DNA of 64,000 nucleotides from Methanothrix sp. Lineage in GTDB: Archaea > Halobacteriota > Methanosarcinia > Methanotrichales > Methanotrichaceae. A program made the translations under genes and the position numbers. A model generated the notes under the pieces. The model saw only the letters and a program-made list of their open reading frames with translations. It did not search any database and was not told the DNA's origin. How positions within the stretch are numbered: position 1 is the first letter of the stretch; each line of letters opens with the position of its first letter. The stretch spans positions 1,824,001-1,888,000 of the forward strand of contig OY821645.1 of the NCBI GenBank assembly GCA_963682135.1. Reading direction: 5' to 3'. Positions 21,501 to 28,700 of the stretch are shown piece by piece.

Positions 21501-21714
21501 GTCCAAGTGCCTCCTGTTCGCCGAGATCCTGGTTTGCGCTTGCATTTACATCACTTGCAGTAACGAAAGGCAATAATAGAGGGCCAGGCGAGGAAAGCGG
21601 TCCTGAATTTACAGCTATTTCTTCGCATGATGCACAGAATATAAACGAAATAAATAATAAAATTACCATAGACCATACATTTTCTCGTAGCAAAGAGATC
21701 ACTCCACCAATCAT
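18535..21714 (-). CDS. Secreted C25 (gingipain-like) cysteine peptidase with propeptide and C-terminal 7-repeat PLL-like propeller
   Basis: GEPMLP and PFKYNPVQKTL propeptide; YVIIT, KYVLLIG, DAFYADL, VYVGRIP, WWGHGS (His), CSCLNG (Cys), NVYGDP; seven WxxLGG repeats. Confidence 0.9.
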   Translation of the reverse strand: MIGGVISLLRENVWSMVILLFISFIFCASCEEIAVNSGPLSSPGPLLLPFVTASDVNASANQDLGEQEALGLQPIPADDIKIGKVVGGAANEIMVQLKSNRFTITKDSDGYDGIDMNDFSIKYITGEPMLPSGKVDVLLPPNVDPSSIKLEAISEETTLLDGTYNIRPAPEPRVLSDNGTYDFAASDEPIEIIKSAVYLNDSAYPQNNVQLLPYSQMRKWIFVPVQFIPFKYNPVQKTLILIENVTVKISYDLLPAISADESNLLKDTVMDSLAHGMFINYKELKDSYGAQIAAGPETSATGRYVIITTNAIRSASSKLNAFIAHKQSLGYTVSVVTETDFGGLVGPSPNQKAEKIRQWLKNNYVSLGIKYVLLIGNPAPYESGEGDIPMKMCWPRYGAGDGYENAPTDAFYADLTGNWDINGDGLYGEWSDFTTSGGVDFSSEVYVGRIPVYSANYAALDSILQKTIDYETSGSTAWRKSALLPMSFSDASTDGAYLGEQMKNNYLSSNSYSTWRMYQQGASGSCTLDSIFASEEDLRGGSVVPNRWAGSDFGIVSWWGHGSSQSANVGYGSCVDGSFMLSSYAPSLDDTHPSFTYQCSCLNGYPEDSGNLQYAILKKGGIATVSATRVSWYYTGQTSFAMTATNAGMVYEYVKRLVSQQPAADALHLMKSSMSPPSSACLMNYYVFNVYGDPSVSIKNPSVPQTWTSLGGYKKYEHTAIIDNQGRRHLFVIGGDNALWDNVDGSWVGLGGVLTSAPYAARDKNGRIHIVARGGDNGLWDYVFDTASWTGGWKGLGGILSTQATAAMEPTYGNVMEIVARGGDNSLWLCEFNVNDLSSYNWYGLGGSLNSRPFVIFDSNSRMHVFAVGGDNALWDNRGILTSGVYVRNWYGLGGSIQGAPFAALNPGTSGNLLAVYRGTDNALWMANVNSLSNSETCTQISFGGGITSDPFASTDTSGRVHAFARGNDGAMWENVFSGNPWNPSGALWIGHGGSIIGSPQALLDGLTYAYVQGGDSAIWRKVYATSAPSSSAGEFSRNTEGPVEAVTLVEVAANSTEG

Positions 21715-22070
21715 ACTAAATACTTTTAAACTATTAATCCTGGCGCTCCAATTTTTGAGATCAGGCTGTATTGGTCAATGATAGCTATATTGAGCACATT
21801 CACCTCATCGACGACCGAGTCCATAAAGAATTTACATATTTAATTATTTTTTAAATAATGTTCTTATTCCCTGAATCATTTGGGTGACTCATGATTTCCA
21901 CCAAGAGTATTCCCGTCAAGAGACAATAACCGATTGCATGAACCATTCAATCATTGGATGGCAATTCGTCAGCTAAGATATAATGCCACCTGTTACTCGA
22001 ATCAGTCTACAATATTTTCTTACAAAGTTATATATACTTTTACATTCGATGGAAGCAAAAGTGAATATTA

Positions 22071-23597
22071 ATGAGAAGCATAAATAGTAAAGTATTATCA
22101 ATATGTTTTATATATCTATTTATAATTGATTCCGCCTGTGCCATTGGAATGAGCATTTCATCAGGAGATGAAAGAGGCAACGTGGCAATTTTCGATAGCT
22201 ATAAACTATCGACCGATACCGCTCTGAAATCGGAATCGACACTTGATGGACATAATATCTATCAAGATCGCCTTCTCTATGGAGACGGCAATAATTATCT
22301 CGTCCATTGCGTTGAAGGAAATGGATATAATTCGAAAAACGTTGTTGAGAGTTCTGGACCACTGCGCATTTCCACATCATCGGCTGCCTCACCCCAGTCT
22401 GCATCGATATCCCAAGCAGTGATGGGCACAGGCAATATTTTTGCAGAATTAGAGGGAACTCAAGGGACCAATTTTGTGGAGCAGAAGACAACTGTGATAG
22501 ATGGAGGCCTGTCATTATCCCAGAGTCTCGCAGCCGGCAGCCTCCTTTCAGCAAGCCAGGAAACAAAGATGAGCGGTACATCTTGTTACCTGGAAGCCAA
22601 TTCGCAATCCCGTGAAAATGCAATGTTGGTAAATGGGATCTTTTACGAAGTAGGGGACATAGCGGCGGATCTGACTGCAGCATCCCAAGGAAAAGCCTGG
22701 ACAATGGGAGATATATCCGCATACGGGGATAGTTGCCTGGATAAGGATACATTGAGATTGATAGGCTCGAAGAACATGGGTCTTTCCTTCGATTCCAGCT
22801 ATATTAAAGACTGCGAAAATGTCGATTCAGCCCCTATATTCAAGGGATCTGTGCAGACCAATGCAGTTAACATGGATCGTGACGTGTTTGATAGCGCCTC
22901 CCAAGCCAACCAGGCCCAAGCATCCACCGAGTCTGCATTGCAGTCTCAGACCTACGGTGGCCGGGTGGGCAACTTTTGGGGATGGCTCTCCCTTGGCAAT
23001 AGCTACGATGGAGGAATCTATGGACCTGCCAGGAGATGGAACCAGGCAAACCCAAGCATTCAATTGTATCTTCTTACTGACGCCAACTACAATGCAGAGG
23101 GCCTGAACACTAACAATGTCTGCGCGGCGATTCAAACAGCTGCGAACATATGGGACGGCGCAACTTACCAGAGACTCTTCGCAAGCACAGTATTGCCCAG
23201 CAGCATCGTTTCCCGCGATGTACAAGACGGGAAATCCGTTCATTCCTGGGAAAATATCGGAGCCTATAATGGGGTTTATTCCCCAGGTCACGCTCACACC
23301 TGGTACACCACCAGCAGTCAAGAGGATGGCTTTTACCAGATAACCGACTCCGATGTTGATTACAATACCTACTATAGCTGGAATACGAATGGCATTAGCG
23401 GTGGAACAAATTACGATATAGAGACCATTGCCGTCCACGAGCTTGGCCATACCCTGGGCCTGGCGGACCTCTATAACAAGGATAACGCCCCCCTCTACAA
23501 GGCACAGGTTCAGCAGATAATGAACCGCCAGTACAATCATCCTTTGTGGCTGGGAAATGGAGATCGCCAGGCCATTTGGGCTATGTATGGACGGTGA
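22071..23597 (+). CDS. Secreted protein: unknown Ser/Gly-rich N-terminal domain + matrixin-like zinc metallopeptidase
   Basis: Signal peptide; YDIETIAVHELGHTLGLADLY (HExxHxxGxxD); Met-turn QIMN; LGNGDRQAIWAMYG. Confidence 0.85.
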   Translation: MRSINSKVLSICFIYLFIIDSACAIGMSISSGDERGNVAIFDSYKLSTDTALKSESTLDGHNIYQDRLLYGDGNNYLVHCVEGNGYNSKNVVESSGPLRISTSSAASPQSASISQAVMGTGNIFAELEGTQGTNFVEQKTTVIDGGLSLSQSLAAGSLLSASQETKMSGTSCYLEANSQSRENAMLVNGIFYEVGDIAADLTAASQGKAWTMGDISAYGDSCLDKDTLRLIGSKNMGLSFDSSYIKDCENVDSAPIFKGSVQTNAVNMDRDVFDSASQANQAQASTESALQSQTYGGRVGNFWGWLSLGNSYDGGIYGPARRWNQANPSIQLYLLTDANYNAEGLNTNNVCAAIQTAANIWDGATYQRLFASTVLPSSIVSRDVQDGKSVHSWENIGAYNGVYSPGHAHTWYTTSSQEDGFYQITDSDVDYNTYYSWNTNGISGGTNYDIETIAVHELGHTLGLADLYNKDNAPLYKAQVQQIMNRQYNHPLWLGNGDRQAIWAMYGR

Positions 23598-23602
23598 GAC
23601 AA

Positions 23603-25627
23603 ATGCAAACATCAATATATAAAGTAGTTATCGCACTTATTTTCATTCTTAACATAATGAGCCTGCCGGCATTCTCTGTAACCGTATCCATGAGCTCAAA
23701 TAATGCAAATGCCGAAGTCTCCCTAATCCAAAGATATGATATCGATAAGTCAACCGATCTTAGAGTCCGGACGGGCCTTGGAGAAGGCACCATCATGCAG
23801 ACTCAGTGGGCATGCGGTCAAGGCAATAACAAAATCAGCCAATCTTTGAGCAACGGGTATCAAAGTGCGTACAGCGCAATCTATTCAGACGGCTACTTCG
23901 GCCTGAACTCCAACACTCTGGCCACAGGAACGAACTTGGACTTGAGAGCAAACTTAGGTGCATCTGGTGAAACCAGAAGTCTGCTTTCCGGATCGACAGG
24001 ATCTTCCTTTGCTACCCAGGAGGCCTGGACATTAGGCGGCAGCCAGACCTCAAATCAAGCCCTAATTGTACAAGGTGACATAGTTAGAGCCGATCAGAGT
24101 ACCGGTATCATGGGCGCCCTTGGATATTCATTGGGCCGGTCTGGGTTAAAAGATAAAGAGGTGGAGGTTACAGGAGGACTTAACGGCCAGGGCATAGTGT
24201 TCAGCCAGATGACCGCCGTTGCCTCAGATGAGGCCAGCGCGTCAGGAGAGATCAGAAGCATCAGCCAGGACAGCAAGTCCTACTCAACTATAAAAGCCAC
24301 TTCTGCCCAAGAGGAGACCTATTCCTATCTCTCCTCTCGCGATGGTCTGCACTCTACTCTTACAGCCAACGCCAATGAACACGCAGGAGTACAGCAAAAT
24401 ATAGCGGCGGTTAGTGGCATCATGGCTTATGCCAGTGCAAGAGAGGGCACCGATTTCCTCAGTTTTGCGGAAGAAGGGAGCATCGCATCCGGCAGCATAA
24501 TCGCTTCGACAGACGGGCGTCCCTGCATTAATAAAGAGCTCACAGGAGACACACAGAGCACAGTACTGCAAGCCGCACCTCTCGCTGGAGCTGAACTCTT
24601 TGCCCTGCCTCTGCCCAGCTCAACCAGACCGTCATCCATAATTGATAACAGTAATATCGAACACATATTTGTTCGAGGAGGAGATGGCTCACTTTGGGAC
24701 AACAAGGGCGGAGACTGGTACTCATTGGGAGGATATTTCAACCTCAATCCATCGGCAGTCAAGGATGGCAATGGCAACATCCATATTTTTGTGCAGGGCG
24801 GCGATCTCGGCCTCTGGGACAGAAAGCTCACAAGCACTATGGGCGGGGATTGGACCGGCCTCGGAGGACAAATAACATCATCTCCCAGTGCCGTAATAGA
24901 GCCTGCATATCCCTCTTGGATTGCAATCGCGGTGAAGGGAACCGATAATTCTCTCTGGATACGAAACCTCTATACCACGACAATGACATCCGGCTCTTGG
25001 AGCAACATGGGCGGATACATAAAGGGAGATCCATTCTTGGTTGCTTCAAATGATGGTTCCAACTATGTGTATGCCCTTGCAAGGGGAGGCGATGATGGAT
25101 TATGGATCAACAAAGCGCAATCCGGACCAACGACCGCTAGCTCAGTAGAGTGGTATGGATTCGGCAACAGCCTCGCCTCAGACCTGAGCGGCGCGATTGA
25201 GCCGGTCTCAAACGGCTTTCTTAAGGTGGCCGGTCGGGGTTCGGACAACGGCCTCTGGATGTGTGACATCGATTTAGTTGCCTCCCCCAGCGGTGAAATT
25301 GAATATGCTTGGAGCTCATTAGGCGGAATCATAACCTCAAACCCTTATGTTGCATTCGATACTAGCGGCAATATCCACACCTTCGCTCGCGGCAGTGACA
25401 ATGGACTCTGGGATAACAAGGGTATCTGGGGAAGCGGCGTGTATGAGCATAATTGGTATTCATTGGGAGGTGTAATTGCCTCAGATCCAAAGCCCTTAAT
25501 GAATCAGAATACGGATAAGATAGATATAGCTGTCCAGGGAGGAGACGGAGCACTATGGATTAACAGGATGCAACCGAATAACCCAGCTAATTCCAATTGG
25601 TATGGTCTCGGTGGTTGGATCACCTAA
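23603..25627 (+). CDS. Secreted protein: same unknown N-terminal domain + 7-repeat PLL-like propeller
   Basis: ATG 23603 with GGTGA RBS, 5 bp after the previous stop; signal peptide; seven WxxLGG repeats. Confidence 0.85.
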   Translation: MQTSIYKVVIALIFILNIMSLPAFSVTVSMSSNNANAEVSLIQRYDIDKSTDLRVRTGLGEGTIMQTQWACGQGNNKISQSLSNGYQSAYSAIYSDGYFGLNSNTLATGTNLDLRANLGASGETRSLLSGSTGSSFATQEAWTLGGSQTSNQALIVQGDIVRADQSTGIMGALGYSLGRSGLKDKEVEVTGGLNGQGIVFSQMTAVASDEASASGEIRSISQDSKSYSTIKATSAQEETYSYLSSRDGLHSTLTANANEHAGVQQNIAAVSGIMAYASAREGTDFLSFAEEGSIASGSIIASTDGRPCINKELTGDTQSTVLQAAPLAGAELFALPLPSSTRPSSIIDNSNIEHIFVRGGDGSLWDNKGGDWYSLGGYFNLNPSAVKDGNGNIHIFVQGGDLGLWDRKLTSTMGGDWTGLGGQITSSPSAVIEPAYPSWIAIAVKGTDNSLWIRNLYTTTMTSGSWSNMGGYIKGDPFLVASNDGSNYVYALARGGDDGLWINKAQSGPTTASSVEWYGFGNSLASDLSGAIEPVSNGFLKVAGRGSDNGLWMCDIDLVASPSGEIEYAWSSLGGIITSNPYVAFDTSGNIHTFARGSDNGLWDNKGIWGSGVYEHNWYSLGGVIASDPKPLMNQNTDKIDIAVQGGDGALWINRMQPNNPANSNWYGLGGWIT

Positions 25628-25702
25628 TCATGAGTCGAATGATGCTCGAAAAATAAAATAGATTGATTATTGAAATCATCGTCATTGATAATTTCAATAA
25701 TC

Positions 25703-28700
25703 TTAATTCAATAATGTTGCATCAAGTTTTGTTATCGAACCTCCCTGGCTCTGCCATGCACTCCATGCAGTTCCATCCCAATTTCTCTGCCAAAGGGCAC
25801 CATCAGTCCCAATTGCATAGACTCCGACATTGCTTCCAGATGATACTGCATCAAGGTCTGTTATCGCGCCACCCAGGCTCTGCCAATCACTCCAGGCAAC
25901 ACCATTCCAATTTCGGTACCATAGGCCACCATCTCCACCGCGGGCGAAAACATAGACATTGCCACCAGATGATGTCGAATCAAGGGCAGTTATCGCGCCA
26001 CCCAGGCTCTGCCAATCACTCCAGGCAACACCATTCCAATTTCGGTACCACACGGCATCATCTCCACCACGGGCAAAGACATAGACATTGCCACCTGATG
26101 ATGTGGCATCAAGATCTGTTATCGCGCCACCCAGGCTCTGCCAATCGGCCCAGTTAACGCCATTCCAATTTCGGTACCATAAGGCATTATCACCACCAAT
26201 TCCGAACGCATAAACACTGCCTGCAGTAGATGTGGCATCAAGGTTTGTTATAATGCCTCCCAGGCTCTGCCAATCGGCCCAGTTAACGCCATTCCAATTT
26301 CGGTACCATAAGGCATTATCACCACCAATTCCGAACGCATAAACACTGCCCGCAGTAGATGTGGATTCAAGTTTTGTTATGATGCCTCCCAGGCTCTGCC
26401 AATCGGCCCAGTTAACGCCATTCCAATTTCGGTACCATAAGGCATTATCTCCACCAATTCCAAACGCATAAACACTGCCTGCAGTAGATGTGGCATCAAG
26501 GTCTGTTATGAAGCCACCCAGGCTCTGCCAAGCACCCCACGCACCTAGATTGAGCTGTTTGATCTGTAGGTCGTTACCGGTGCCTATTGCAGATATGGTC
26601 AATACTTCGGACAGCATCGCAGTGTTCGACCATCCCGAATATGCGGTCTTCTGGGGGAATCCCACTGCAGGAGCCGGATACACTGTGGTATCGCCCACCA
26701 CGTTAATAGCTCGCACCCTGTAGTAGTATGGTGTACCGGGAACTAGTGTGGTATCGGTGTATGTTACCACATTAGGCCCAACTGTGAATTCAGTCAGATC
26801 CACAGTGAATGCGGCATCCTTTGCTCTTTGAATGAAGAATCCGGTTTCGCTGATGGAATTGTCCACCCAGTTCAGAGTAGCAACCGGTGGTACTGTTCCG
26901 GATAATGCGACTACCAGATTAGAAGGAGCCCTTGGCGGCACCACAAAGGCCACAGCATGCATCATATCCATCTCTTCATGGGAGAGAAGATGGCAATGCA
27001 TCATGTACTCCCATCCAAAGTTGACGATATGATTGATCACCGTAACTGGTTCACCACTCGGGTCCTGGAATCCTAGCGGCCCTCCTTTGAGTTCAGCACC
27101 CTCCGGCATAGTCGGGTCTATCAACCGCTCACTGTTGGGAACTTCGAAAGGCTGCGTGGGCGCTATGGGCCTCAAAGCGATGATGGTGTCTTGCAGCGGG
27201 TTAACCCGGAATGTCTCCTTCCATCCCAGCTCATTGAGATCTGGCACACGAAGGGCATTGTCCCAGGCCACCCGGTTGATCAATTGGGCATTGAACAGGT
27301 GCACGTGTATGGTGTGCGTGTCCACTCCGTTATGGGTGATCTTCCAGATCTGGGTTCCATCTCCCAGCGATCCGATCTGAGTTCCATAGACCGAACCCTT
27401 GACAATCTCCAATGGTGGAGATGCAAAGGGATAGAGAAGCAGATTCTGATTGCCGGCTCCAGTGAATGGCACCTCCAAACCTAACAGGCCACTCATTCGT
27501 CCGTAGTCGGTCTCGAAGGCTTCACCCATCTCATCCTGGATGGCCTTCGGCTCGAAGGGAATAGTCACCGTCGAGCCGGCAAGTGTCTGGAATGTCTTGC
27601 TGTTCTCAAAAATCCTCGCATAAGGATCTGCTGCCAGATCCGTCCTGTCGTAGGCTGAGTTGTATTCCGCCTGCGGCACAATGATCTCGTCCTGGGATGC
27701 CTCGAAGACGCCCTTCTTATTGTTCACCGTGTCCTTGGCAAATACCGCCTGCAATTTGGTCAGATCGTAGGATTGCACGGGGGCGGCTGCTACCCGGATC
27801 TGCATGATGGTGCGCGTGTTGGGACCATAGCCTGCCTGGGTCGTAGGTGCGCCACCGGTATCAGTCTGATCCGGATGGTTGGTGTAGTAGTCATAGCGCG
27901 GATCGATTGCCGGGAAGGGTGCAGGAGCATCGTTGTACAATATGAGTGTTCTTCCGGCATATGCGGAGAAGTCTACTATGACATCCGCCCGTTCCGCCGG
28001 ACCCAGCAAGAGAGTTCCCTGGTTAACATTCCCGAAATCGAAGTTTGTTTGATCCCAGTTCCAGTTGACCGGCTGATTGGGCAGCACCACCGGTGCCGGC
28101 AAGAAGCCGCCTTCCGTTCCTATTTGAATGAAAGATGGGCCCGCTTTGGCTGGATCAGGCACACCGCCATCCCTTCCGTCTGTCGGCCAGTTTGCCGGCA
28201 AGCCTGCACAATTTGATGCAGGAATCATGCCAACCTCGGTCGGATTAGTGTAGACGGTTGCGGTTGCTGCAGCACCGCCTCCGACAGTATCCGTAATCGT
28301 AACCCCAGGCGCAGTATAACCGCTGCCCACAGTTAGCAGTTCGATGCCGGTAATTACGCCATTCACTACTGTCGCTTTAGCAGTTGCACCTTTTCCATTT
28401 CCGATAGTATCAGTTATGGTGACCTTTGGATCTACGTAATTGCTGCCCCCGCTCGTGACGGTTATACTGCTGATTATATTATTGGTCTCATAAATCTGCA
28501 GGTTGAAGAACCGGTCGTCGGCTGCATTCAGAATACGGAACCGATAAGCTTTGGGCTCTACCTCCAGGTAGGGATAGGCCATGCCGTTGACCACCGGAGT
28601 GTCTACGAAAGACTCCATGGCCATAGAGTTATGGGGCACGCCCGGAATCATTGGCGGCTCATTGGGGCCGGCATAGGGATTGGGGACTGGTCCGTGCGCA

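Noticed and set aside
25706-26605. 129-bp repeats as CRISPR or DGR template/variable pair
   Set aside because: In-frame coding repeats without unique spacers; differences are not adenine-specific; no cas or reverse transcriptase in the window.
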